This document shows, in pieces, positions 1 to 9,158 of a stretch of DNA of 64,000 nt. Under the pieces are notes generated by a model. That model worked only from the letters and a program-made list of their open reading frames with translations, was not told the origin of the DNA and did not search any database. The translations under genes and the position numbers were made by a program. The stretch is taken from the NCBI GenBank assembly GCA_044359815.1, contig JBIKLL010000007.1, positions 1 through 64,000 of the forward strand, given 5' to 3'. Each line of letters begins with the position of its first letter. Position 1 is the stretch's first letter. Source of the stretch: Pseudobdellovibrionaceae bacterium. GTDB lineage: Bacteria > Bdellovibrionota > Bdellovibrionia > Bdellovibrionales > Bdellovibrionaceae.

Positions 1-1
1 G

Positions 2-1027
2 TACGTGATGATTGCAATTTCACATGAGCAAAAGTTGTCAAAGGAAGCCGCGCTTAAGTATTTTATTCTAGGTGGCGTTTCATCGGCCATATTTTTATAT
101 GGAATCGCGATGATATTTGGAACTGCCGGAACAACCTTTATCCCAGAAATTATGGATAAAATGCCTGCACTTGCGGCTGACAACAGAATGTTTTTATTGG
201 GTTGTATTTTGCTGATTTTGGGATTTTGTTTTAAGGTTTCAATTTTTCCGTTTCATGCTTGGACACCAGATGTATATCAGGGAGCGCCAACACCTGTTAC
301 GGCTTATATGTCGACTGCGGTAAAGGCTGTATCCTTTGCAGCATTTATCAGATTAATGAAAACCCATATTTTAATGGAGTCAGAAAATATCTTAGATATT
401 TTGCAATGGCTTGCGGTTTTGACAATGCTTGCAGGTAATACGGCGGCGTTGCTGCAAAATAATTTTAAAAGGATGCTGGCGTATTCATCAGTGGCGCATT
501 CAGGATATCTGTTGGTGGGATTAATCACCATTGGCATTACTGATAATTATGCAAACAGCGTTTCCTCGGTCATATTTTATTTAGTGGGTTATGCACTAAT
601 GACATTTGGTGCTTTGGCAATCGTCACAGTTTTTGAAAAAGACGAAAACACTCATGTTCAAATCGATAATCTGGCAGGTTTTGCTAAAAAGCGACCGCTG
701 CTGGCGTTGTCGTTGACTGTGTTTATGCTGTCCTTGGCAGGGATTCCGCCAACGATAGGATTTTTTGGAAAGTTCTATCTGTTTTCAGCGGCCATTGGCG
801 AAGGTTTAATGTGGTTAGCAGTGTGGGGAGTTTTGAATTCGGTAATCAGTGTGTATTATTACCTGCGACCTATTGTGACTATGTATATGATGGATGGGGA
901 CCCTGATGAAGTCGAAGACTCAATTTATTCAACCAAGACAACCGTTTTTGTCTCAGCAATTTTAGTCATTGTATTGGGATTGGTCTCAGGCCCCATCATG
1001 GCGATTTTTGAAAGAAGCTTTTCTTAA
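2..1027 (+). CDS. nuoN: NADH-quinone oxidoreductase subunit N (5'-truncated by window edge)
   Basis: EAALKYF, FKVSIFPFHAWTPDVYQGAP, KRMLAYSSVAH and SLAGIPP..GFFGK motifs; highly hydrophobic. Confidence 0.95.
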   Translation, partial: YVMIAISHEQKLSKEAALKYFILGGVSSAIFLYGIAMIFGTAGTTFIPEIMDKMPALAADNRMFLLGCILLILGFCFKVSIFPFHAWTPDVYQGAPTPVTAYMSTAVKAVSFAAFIRLMKTHILMESENILDILQWLAVLTMLAGNTAALLQNNFKRMLAYSSVAHSGYLLVGLITIGITDNYANSVSSVIFYLVGYALMTFGALAIVTVFEKDENTHVQIDNLAGFAKKRPLLALSLTVFMLSLAGIPPTIGFFGKFYLFSAAIGEGLMWLAVWGVLNSVISVYYYLRPIVTMYMMDGDPDEVEDSIYSTKTTVFVSAILVIVLGLVSGPIMAIFERSFS

Positions 1028-1039
1028 AACATTTTACCA

Positions 1040-1222
1040 AGCTTTGAGATATTAAAAATAGCTTCAAAAATATAAAAATATAAATTCACCTAAAAAGGTC
1101 CTCTGCGGAGGCGGGGGCTTTGCCCGAGCAACTTAGATGTCGATGTGAAACAAAGAGCTGTGACCTTTTTAGGTGAATTTATATTTTTATATTTTTGAAG
1201 CTATTTTTAATATCTCAAAGCT
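1040..1222. repeat. Long palindromic element: perfect 61-bp inverted arms around a 61-nt core
   Basis: 1040-1100 is the exact reverse complement of 1162-1222; lies between convergent genes. Confidence 0.95.
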
Positions 1223-1259
1223 GACGGAGTTGTATTTTATAAAAAGCTTCTTTCAAGAT

Positions 1260-2465
1260 TCAAAAATCATATTGTCTGAGAGTATTGATCGCAGATTTGA
1301 AACCCATTTTTACCAATTGTTCTAGTATTTTTGGGTTTAAGCTAAAATGATCAGCAAAAAACATTTCGTAATCATCTGACCTGGGGTGAATGTAAATATA
1401 ATCAACTGCAGGTCTGTATTTAACTCGGGTCCTGATAATTTCTAAAACTTTTTCTCGATGTTCATCAGACAGATTAGCATTTTTAAAATAACCATCAATC
1501 GCTTGGTAGATTGCCTTTATGTCAGACTGGTATCGAATTTGACGGTCAATTTTTTGTTGAATCACCTGGTATAAAGCCTGATTCAAAATGGCAGGTATAC
1601 CGAAATTGTTTAATGAGCCTACCTTATCAGTGTGATTGTAAGGTTGCACTGAGTAGCTTGAAATAACCAGGTCAGCACCATTGTCAGCAGCCACATGAGT
1701 CGACAAGGTATCCCTGATTTCGCCGTCAAAAAAATGTTGGATTTTTCCATCCTCCGTTTTTATGGGGTAGGGGGCAAATAAAGGGGGCAAACTGATTGAA
1801 GCCGCCACAGCATCAGAAATCGTTGCGCCGTTGTAGTAGGCAACGTTTTTTGATTCTGAGTCCTCTTTAAACTTTGAAAAAATAGCTTTCTTTGCGTGGT
1901 CTAGGTGAGTACCTACAACAAAAAGCTCGACCCCTAATTTATCAAAATTATTGTAAGGCAGGGCGTATTCACGCAGATACTTTTCGATTCGTTTTGTCGT
2001 GAAAAATCCATTCATGGTGAATCGTTCCTTAAGTAGGTTTTCGATGCCACCCTGGACTAAAGACTTTTTCATTAAGCTTAAAGGGATGGATCTGATCAGA
2101 CCCAAAGAGTTGATGCTGAAAATATCCTTATATTTTATTGGCTTTAATGGATTATTACCAAAGTCTTGAAAATAGGGTTTGTTTCCTGATCCGACCTCGA
2201 ACGCGTTGATCAGTGCTTCAAGAGTATAACCCGATGCCAAGATTGAGCAGATAAATGAACCGGCGCTGGACCCAACATACAATCGAATGGATTTACCATC
2301 ACTTCGGGCCAAATTTCTGGCGACTTCATCTTTGGAACCACCTTCAAAACGAAAGCCTTTTTCCTTCAGCGCTAAGCAAACACCAATGTGAAACGCCGCA
2401 GCTTTAATTCCGCCACCACTGAGAACCAGCGCGACCTTGGTCTTATTCTTTAAGTGAATACGCAT
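1260..2465 (-). CDS. Patatin-like phospholipase family protein
   Basis: SGGGIKA Gly-rich loop, GSSAG nucleophile, DGE (DGG-like) motif; start moved to the ATG at 2465. Confidence 0.85.
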   Translation of the reverse strand: MRIHLKNKTKVALVLSGGGIKAAAFHIGVCLALKEKGFRFEGGSKDEVARNLARSDGKSIRLYVGSSAGSFICSILASGYTLEALINAFEVGSGNKPYFQDFGNNPLKPIKYKDIFSINSLGLIRSIPLSLMKKSLVQGGIENLLKERFTMNGFFTTKRIEKYLREYALPYNNFDKLGVELFVVGTHLDHAKKAIFSKFKEDSESKNVAYYNGATISDAVAASISLPPLFAPYPIKTEDGKIQHFFDGEIRDTLSTHVAADNGADLVISSYSVQPYNHTDKVGSLNNFGIPAILNQALYQVIQQKIDRQIRYQSDIKAIYQAIDGYFKNANLSDEHREKVLEIIRTRVKYRPAVDYIYIHPRSDDYEMFFADHFSLNPKILEQLVKMGFKSAINTLRQYDF

Positions 2466-2657
2466 ACCTTCGTCCAGTAAACCAGAACTTGAACACTCAA
2501 TCAATCAGGACTTAAATACTGATTATTCAGTTGAACTTTGACTGAATACCCTAATATGGTACGGTTTTTAAAGGACATAGCAGCTTTGGATAGGCTGACT
2601 ATGTAGCAAATTTGTTGCCTGCGTAGGCAACAGAATACCCAGGAGAGCGTAGTCAAA

Positions 2658-3077
2658 ATGATCATGAAGGAATGGTTACCACTGACTGAGTACTCATCAA
2701 AATATAGGGTGAGTATCAGTACACTGCGAAGGCGGATAAAAGCTGAAGATATAAAATATCAGTTTCAAGATGGACGCTATTTGATTTTTGATCAACCCAT
2801 TGAAACCTCTCCAAGCCCCTCCCAAGTATCCACTAGGCAAAGCATCGCACCCTCCCCATCGCCGAGCTTTGGCGAAGTAAAGTTTGTAAGCCATAGCGGC
2901 CCAACAGAGGAATCTGTTTTAGAGGCCGCCAATCGCTTACTGACCGAACTGAAAAAAGCGTATTCGCAGATACTGCAGGAAAAAGAAGAGCAGATATTGC
3001 ATCTGAAAACTGAAGTCAGCGACTTAAAAACGCTGGTGAAAGTTTTGGAAGCAGAAAATGAAAGGCTGAAACCTTAA
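2658..3077 (+). CDS. Hypothetical protein with N-terminal HTH-like segment and C-terminal coiled coil
   Basis: LTEYSSKYRVSISTLRRRIK resembles an HTH; heptad-rich C terminus; AGGAG upstream. Confidence 0.7.
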   Translation: MIMKEWLPLTEYSSKYRVSISTLRRRIKAEDIKYQFQDGRYLIFDQPIETSPSPSQVSTRQSIAPSPSPSFGEVKFVSHSGPTEESVLEAANRLLTELKKAYSQILQEKEEQILHLKTEVSDLKTLVKVLEAENERLKP

Positions 3078-3109
3078 GGGCAAAACCCGCAAAGATTTCA
3101 GCCTTTCAT
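3058..3109. repeat. 18-bp inverted repeat (1 mismatch) overlapping the ORF 3' end; probable terminator-like hairpin
   Basis: 3058-3075 pairs with 3092-3109; the loop holds GGG-CAAAA-CCC-GCA. Confidence 0.7.
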
Positions 3110-3187
3110 CAGTACCCAGAATTCTCAGAAACATAAAATTTGGCCAGAAAGAAAATTTTCAATAATTTTCTATACGACTAGAATGAG

Positions 3188-3688
3188 TTAGCCAAAATTG
3201 ACTGCTCTATGAAGCCTAGGGGTTTGAAACATATAATCAGAAACCATGTCGCGTATGCCGCGTTCGGGCTCATCGATCATTCTTGCCAGAACCTTTAATA
3301 AGTCTTCGGTTGTCACAATACCAATCACTTCATTTTTATCAGTTACTAAAAATGATGATATTTTTTCAGCTATCATGCGATTGACCACTGTTTTTAAGGA
3401 AACGTCCTTATCAATGGTTCTGACGGGCCAATTCATGTAATCACAAACTCGGGCCTGAGGGTCAAAATCACAAAACTCAGACCTCATTCCGTTTTCATTT
3501 TTAACTTCTGACTTCAGAGCTCTTTGCAGATCGCGATCTGAAATCATTCCTGCCAACACTCCGTCCTCATTAACTACAGGTAAATGACGAATCTCGAATT
3601 TTGCCATTTTAGCATAGGCCAAATCCAAAGTGTCTGTTGTATTTATAGAAATTAATGGGCTTACCATTTCAGATTTTACGCTGATCAT
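3188..3688 (-). CDS. CBS (Bateman) domain protein
   Basis: IRHLPVV..G.L.GMISDRDL and VIGIVTTEDLL tandem CBS motifs; AGGAGG SD. Confidence 0.9.
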   Translation of the reverse strand: MISVKSEMVSPLISINTTDTLDLAYAKMAKFEIRHLPVVNEDGVLAGMISDRDLQRALKSEVKNENGMRSEFCDFDPQARVCDYMNWPVRTIDKDVSLKTVVNRMIAEKISSFLVTDKNEVIGIVTTEDLLKVLARMIDEPERGIRDMVSDYMFQTPRLHRAVNFG

Positions 3689-3711
3689 CTTGACCTCCTG
3701 CCTTGTTTGAC

Positions 3712-3728
3712 AGCAAAAATCAAACCAG
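3712..3728 (-). promoter_or_regulatory. Putative sigma54 (-24/-12) promoter of the CBS gene
   Basis: Minus strand CTGG-TTTGATTTTT-GCT gives GG-N10-GC with TTGC, just upstream of the SD. Confidence 0.45.
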
Positions 3729-3821
3729 CAGGAGCTCGATCCTATTTTAACTGAAATAGAAAACGAGATATTAAATCACATTTTGATTTTTTCATTACGA
3801 CCAAAAGTTCTCAAAAAAGAT

Positions 3822-6236
3822 CTAAGCGGCGCTTGCAGCCGTAGGAGTGCGAGCGCGTTTAGCTGGACGAACCCCTGACTTTTTACCTGTTTTGTTGCCT
3901 TTTTCGATCGCAACAGCAAAAACTTCATCCAGATTTTCCACCAAGATAAAATTCATAGTGTGCTTGAACTCATCAGGTATTTCAGTCAGATCTTTTTCGT
4001 TTGCCAAAGGTATAATGATGTCTTTGATACCGTGAGAAAGTGCGGCTAAGCATTTTTCGCGAATCCCGCCAACTGGCAGAACTCGGCCTTGCAAAGTCAC
4101 TTCACCAGTCATCGCAACATCATGTCTGACAGGGGCATCGGTCATCAAACTCACCAATGCTGTTGTCAAAGTTATACCTGCAGATGGTCCGTCCTTCGGA
4201 ATAGCTCCTGCTGGCAAGTGAATATGCACATCCCATTTTTCAAAAAAGTCTGCTGCAATTCCCAGTTCTTCATAATGTGCTCTTGCGTATGCCATTGCTG
4301 CATGAGCAGATTCTTTCATCACATCACCTAATTGACCCGTCAGGATCAATGAGCCTTTACCTTTGTATTTCAAGGCCTCAACATACAGAACTTCTCCGCC
4401 AGCTTGTGTCCAGGCCAAACCTGTTACCACGCCAATCTGAGAATCATTCAATTTTTCGTCTCGTAAAAATTTCGGTGGACCCAATAACTCGGGAACAGTT
4501 TTACCAGAAATTTCAACAAAGTCGGCTTCACCCAAAACCACTGATTTGGCAACTTTTCTGCAGATCGAACCAATTTCACGCTCTAGATTTCTTAATCCAG
4601 CTTCACGAGTGTAGTGTGAAATCAAATATTGCAGACCTTCATCAGTGAAATTTATATTTTTATCAGTAATACCATTTAGTTCGATTTGTCTTTGAACTAA
4701 ATGCTTTTTTGAAATCAACAGTTTGTCGTTTTCAGTGTAACCAGAAATCTGAATGATTTCCATTCTATCGCGCAAAGCCGGTGGAATGTTTTCAAGAACA
4801 TTCGCGGTGGCAATAAACAGAGCGTTGGATAAATCAAAATCCACATTTAAATAGTTATCTCTGAAAGCAAAATTTTGCTCAGGATCCAGGACCTCTAACA
4901 TTGCTGCCGATGGATCACCCCTGAAATCGCTGCCTAATTTATCAATTTCATCCAGCACGATAACTGGATTGTTGGTTTTCACCTGACGTAAAGCTTGTAC
5001 AACTTTACCGGGCATGGCGCCGACGTAAGTTCGGCGATGACCACGGATTTCGGCTTCGTCTTTGACTCCACCTAGGGCGATTCGGAAATATTCTCGACCC
5101 ATTGAGCGAGCAATTGATTTACCCAGTGAAGTTTTTCCTACACCTGGAGGACCACAGAAACACAAAATAGGTCCTTTGATCACGTTGTGTTTCAGTTTTC
5201 TGACTGCCAAAAACTCCAGAACTCTTTCTTTGGCCTTTTTCAGGTCATAGTGATCGTCATCAAGAATTTGTTTTGCTCGGGCTAAGTCAATGCTATCTTC
5301 AGTCTTGCGATTCCAAGGCAATTCAACCAGCCAATCTAAGTATGTTCTGACCATTGAAGCTTCAGAAGCATCTGGATGCATTCTTTCAAGTCTGTTTAAT
5401 TGTTTGATTGCTTCAGTCTCGACATTCTCAGGCATTCCAGCATTGTGAACTTTGTCGCGAAGCTCTTCCATTTCTTCTGATTTAGAATCGCTTTCGCCCA
5501 GTTCGCTTTTAATAGCGCGCATTTGTTCACGTAAGAAATATTCCCGCTGAGACTTTGTCATTTCATCTTTGGCTTGCGATCTGATTTTTTGCTGCATTTG
5601 CAACACTTCCAGCTCGCCAACTAAAATTTCGTTAACCAGCTTTAATCGCTCTCGAGGATCAATGGTTTCTAGAACCTTTTGTGCATCGACTACTTTTATA
5701 CCTAAATTACTGGCAATCAGATCAGCCATTTTTCCTGGATCGTTAACATCATCTAATACTAATAATATGTCAGGCGACAGAACTCGACCAAGGGCAATGA
5801 TTCGCTCAATATGTTCTTTTGAAGTTCTCAGCATGGCTTCGACTTCTATATTAGGTTGAGTGAATGGTGTTTCTTCTATTTTTTCTACTTCAACTTCAAA
5901 ATTTGGCTGGCTTCGGGAAAAACTTTTGATTCTACCTTTAGCTTCACCTTGAATCAGGATTTTTACTCGGCCATCAGAAAGTTTTCGCATACGCATAATT
6001 TTTGCGATTGTTCCGATTTCATAAATCGTTTCAGGATTTGGATTTTCCTCTGTGAGTTCTTTCTGACTGGCCAGAAAGATCAGACGATTTTTACTTAAAG
6101 CTTCTTCAACTGATTTAATTGAAGACTCTCTACCAACAAAAAGTGGTAAGATCATGTAGGGAAAAACCACTATGTCTCTGACGGGTAACATCGGGAGTGT
6201 GGTTGGAAAATCTGATATTTTGTCGTCGCTACTCAT
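3822..6236 (-). CDS. lon: ATP-dependent protease La
   Basis: LON N domain, Walker A GPPGVGKT, PKDGPSAG catalytic Ser; GGAGG before the ATG at 6236. Confidence 0.97.
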   Translation of the reverse strand: MSSDDKISDFPTTLPMLPVRDIVVFPYMILPLFVGRESSIKSVEEALSKNRLIFLASQKELTEENPNPETIYEIGTIAKIMRMRKLSDGRVKILIQGEAKGRIKSFSRSQPNFEVEVEKIEETPFTQPNIEVEAMLRTSKEHIERIIALGRVLSPDILLVLDDVNDPGKMADLIASNLGIKVVDAQKVLETIDPRERLKLVNEILVGELEVLQMQQKIRSQAKDEMTKSQREYFLREQMRAIKSELGESDSKSEEMEELRDKVHNAGMPENVETEAIKQLNRLERMHPDASEASMVRTYLDWLVELPWNRKTEDSIDLARAKQILDDDHYDLKKAKERVLEFLAVRKLKHNVIKGPILCFCGPPGVGKTSLGKSIARSMGREYFRIALGGVKDEAEIRGHRRTYVGAMPGKVVQALRQVKTNNPVIVLDEIDKLGSDFRGDPSAAMLEVLDPEQNFAFRDNYLNVDFDLSNALFIATANVLENIPPALRDRMEIIQISGYTENDKLLISKKHLVQRQIELNGITDKNINFTDEGLQYLISHYTREAGLRNLEREIGSICRKVAKSVVLGEADFVEISGKTVPELLGPPKFLRDEKLNDSQIGVVTGLAWTQAGGEVLYVEALKYKGKGSLILTGQLGDVMKESAHAAMAYARAHYEELGIAADFFEKWDVHIHLPAGAIPKDGPSAGITLTTALVSLMTDAPVRHDVAMTGEVTLQGRVLPVGGIREKCLAALSHGIKDIIIPLANEKDLTEIPDEFKHTMNFILVENLDEVFAVAIEKGNKTGKKSGVRPAKRARTPTAASAA

Positions 6237-6319
6237 ATGCGTCCTCCGCAAAAGCGTATTGCCAGTAAAGAGTAGATCGGACGACTAGAATAGATGCTTT
6301 AAAGGATTTTAAGCCAATA

Positions 6320-6372
6320 CAGTCCTGAAAAAGACGAGCTGACATCCATGTCAGTCGAGCTCAATCCTTGAG
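6320..6372 (-). promoter_or_regulatory. GGA-loop hairpins (CsrA/RsmA-site-like) combined with a terminator-like stem
   Basis: Minus strand CTCAAGGATTGAG, then CTGACATGGATGTCAG followed by CTCGTCTTTTT, then CAGGACTG. Confidence 0.5.
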
Positions 6373-6384
6373 GCTAAATAAGTT

Positions 6385-6741
6385 TTACATAAGAAGGTTT
6401 CGTGGATCCTCTTGCTCTTCCATACAATCAATACAAAGGTTTGCAAAAGGTCTGGCTTTCAAGCGCCGAACGCCAATTAGGGCGTCGCAACTTTCACACA
6501 GTCCGTAGGTCCCGCTTTCAATTTTACTCAGAGCTTTTTCAATCATATGTAAAACTTTGCGATCGCGTTCGTGCAAATGCAACAAAACGGATTTTGATTG
6601 GTCGATCGCCGCTTGTTCGGCGTCTTCAATAACATGATCTTTAAGTACGCTGTCCGATTTGAATTCCGAAGACTTGTTTAAAAGTGAACTTTTTTGGTCT
6701 ATTAAAAAGTTTCGAAAATCCAACAGTTCGGTCTCGTTCAT
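6385..6741 (-). CDS. DksA/TraR family protein with a 4-Cys zinc finger
   Basis: Coiled coil, GTYGLCESC...RL.ARP.A.LCIDC; GGGAGGGG SD before the ATG at 6741. Confidence 0.9.
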   Translation of the reverse strand: MNETELLDFRNFLIDQKSSLLNKSSEFKSDSVLKDHVIEDAEQAAIDQSKSVLLHLHERDRKVLHMIEKALSKIESGTYGLCESCDALIGVRRLKARPFANLCIDCMEEQEDPRNLLM

Positions 6742-6872
6742 CAATCCCCTCCCGATGCCTTTGACCACCACAAATTTTTCTTTGAATCCTTTTTAAATGC
6801 TTCTGAACGAGTGTCACCAAAAAATGAAAAATGCTAAAAATATCAGCTAGTTTGCGACGCCTTGGGACCAAG

Positions 6873-7235
6873 TTATCCACATTGATGTTCGCGTAATTCT
6901 GCACCTTCCACGCTCAATCTGGTGTAAGGAATTGCTAACAATCGATCAGGTTCAATGGGTTCATTTGTTTCTTCGCACAAACCAAATTTTCCTTTTTCGA
7001 TTCTGGCTAATGCCATTTCAATTTCAGCTAATTGAAATCTAATCCTGTCTTGTGACACCAAAAAATTATGCTCTGCCAGAAATGCTACTGACTGATCAAT
7101 TTCATCACCTGTGCTTTTATCATTCATTGCAAATTGTGCCCGAAGATCTCGAGATCTATTTAATAAGTCCTGTTTCAATGTGATCAGTTTTCTTCGGCAA
7201 ATTTCTAGAATCTCTGGTTTCACAACTAACGTCAT
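6873..7235 (-). CDS. DksA/TraR family protein with a degenerate (1-Cys) finger
   Basis: GDEIDQS acidic tip, FGLCEET...RL.AIPYTRLSVEG; GAGGGGG SD before the ATG at 7235. Confidence 0.88.
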   Translation of the reverse strand: MTLVVKPEILEICRRKLITLKQDLLNRSRDLRAQFAMNDKSTGDEIDQSVAFLAEHNFLVSQDRIRFQLAEIEMALARIEKGKFGLCEETNEPIEPDRLLAIPYTRLSVEGAELREHQCG

Positions 7236-7352
7236 ACAGCCCCCTCGGGTATGGCCGATTATACTTTCGACCGGTTTGATAATTCTTAGGTATATGACGT
7301 GCAACCATACAAACGGGGTTAAAGATTTTAAGATAAAAATTATTTATATAAA

Positions 7353-9158
7353 CTATGGACGTGCTAATTCCTTGGCCTGAATGATTTGACCCTTTTCTAG
7401 GGTTAAAATCGTCATAGGACGTAAAAACTCACGGTCTTCGCCAGCTGAAAACGGCCCTAAAGCGCCCGGAAATTGCTTTATAGACAGCAATCCATCCATT
7501 AATGATTCCCTGGATGAATAACCACTGGCAATCAATTGCTTAATCATCAAGGCTGAATCAAAGGCATGGATTTCTACTAATCCAGGGTCCTCTTGAAACA
7601 GGTTTTTGTAGTCTCGGACAAAAGAACTCTTGGAATTATTAAGGTCAGTCAGACTGTCTACAAAAATCATATTATCAGCAAACGCACCTGAGCGTTTGAT
7701 CACCTGAGAATTATTCCACAGATTTGTTCCCAATAATTTAACGTCTTTAACTCCAGAATAAGACAACATCGCAGCAATCTGACCCAAGGACTTTACACTG
7801 TCAGGGATAAAAATAGCATCAAAGGTAACCACTGGCTCTAGCAATTCCTCGGGTGATTTATCTTTTGTGCCGCCGTCAAATTTGGACTTTTGTTTTTTAG
7901 GATCTTTCTTTTGCTCGCGTAAAGCATTCTGCATTTCATCAACACGGTCTTCGATGTAGTAGGTTCCTACCAGCCTTTGGACTACATTTCTGAAATCAGT
8001 TTCTTTGGGTGAATAAACCTGAACTGCACGGATACTGCCACCTCTTGCGATAACTTCGTCCCAAAATACGTTAGCAAATTCGATTCCATAAGCATCGTTA
8101 GGATACATTAAAGCAAAATTCTTAAGGCCACGGATTTCCATCGCGTACTTGACTAAAAATCTGGTTTGCATCTCTGTTGTTAGTGAATTTCTGAAAACAG
8201 AAGCTCCCGTTTCAGTAATGCCAGATTTTTGCGACAGGTTTATGCTGGGAACTCCTAATTCCTGAGATCTGGTGGCTACAGCGGATGCGTTCTTTGATAA
8301 AACACTGCCGATGATTGCAATCACATTGTCTTCTTTGACCAAACGATCGACTCCTCTTCTGGCCAAATCAGGATTGCCCTCAGAATCCACAACGGCTAAT
8401 TCAAACGGTGAAGGCAAATTATTGTAAATACCCAAACCCATTTGCACTCCACGCAAAGCTTTTTTTCCAACCGCTGCGTGTTTACCGGTCATGGGTAAAA
8501 CCACGCCGATAGTTTTAGGCTGCACCCTTCTGACAGATTCCAGCTGTTCCAAATAGGACTTCGATTTGATGCCCCACTCAGAATCAGCAGCGGCATCCAC
8601 TGCTTTTGCAAAAGAATTACGGGCACTGTCATATTCGCGATCTGCTAAATTGGATTCACCAAGACGGTAATAGACCAGGGCTCTCAGAGGGGCTTCATCA
8701 ATCTGATTCAATAGGTCTTCCAGATCAGAAGATCTGACCTTAAATAAAATCAAATCTTCGCTGGTTTTTTTAACGGAATCTTTAACTGCTTGTAAGCTTG
8801 GGTGCTTTAAACCCAACAAAGCCAGTTCGACAGCTTTTTTCTGATCCTGAGTCGCAGAAAGGGCTTTAATTCGAATATCAAAAGCCTCGAACAAATAATT
8901 TTGACTGGTAAAGGCCTCCCAGGCCTCAGTCATTTCCAAAACACGAATGTAGTCCTCTTTTGAATATGTCGCTTTAATAAGATTTATTTTTGCCTCTTCT
9001 GACTTTTCAGCTTTTATGTTCTTAGCGGGCAATGCTTTCGGAACCTTAGCGGGGTTAATCACAATACCTGTGTTGTTATTACGATCAGGAATGTTTGATT
9101 TGCGAGTCGATGAACAAGAAACTACAAAGATTAAAAATAAAACTAAAAGTATTTTCAC
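7353..9158 (-). CDS. Penicillin-binding protein activator LpoA/LppC-like lipoprotein
   Basis: Lipobox VVSSC-like signal (FVVSC), TPR-like N half, IGVVLPMTG periplasmic-binding-protein fold. Confidence 0.8.
   Translation of the reverse strand: MKILLVLFLIFVVSCSSTRKSNIPDRNNNTGIVINPAKVPKALPAKNIKAEKSEEAKINLIKATYSKEDYIRVLEMTEAWEAFTSQNYLFEAFDIRIKALSATQDQKKAVELALLGLKHPSLQAVKDSVKKTSEDLILFKVRSSDLEDLLNQIDEAPLRALVYYRLGESNLADREYDSARNSFAKAVDAAADSEWGIKSKSYLEQLESVRRVQPKTIGVVLPMTGKHAAVGKKALRGVQMGLGIYNNLPSPFELAVVDSEGNPDLARRGVDRLVKEDNVIAIIGSVLSKNASAVATRSQELGVPSINLSQKSGITETGASVFRNSLTTEMQTRFLVKYAMEIRGLKNFALMYPNDAYGIEFANVFWDEVIARGGSIRAVQVYSPKETDFRNVVQRLVGTYYIEDRVDEMQNALREQKKDPKKQKSKFDGGTKDKSPEELLEPVVTFDAIFIPDSVKSLGQIAAMLSYSGVKDVKLLGTNLWNNSQVIKRSGAFADNMIFVDSLTDLNNSKSSFVRDYKNLFQEDPGLVEIHAFDSALMIKQLIASGYSSRESLMDGLLSIKQFPGALGPFSAGEDREFLRPMTILTLEKGQIIQAKELARP

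Noticed and set aside
1260..3077. Patatin plus HTH gene as a CBASS-like defence module
   Set aside because: No cyclase or other defence genes are adjacent, and the context is housekeeping.
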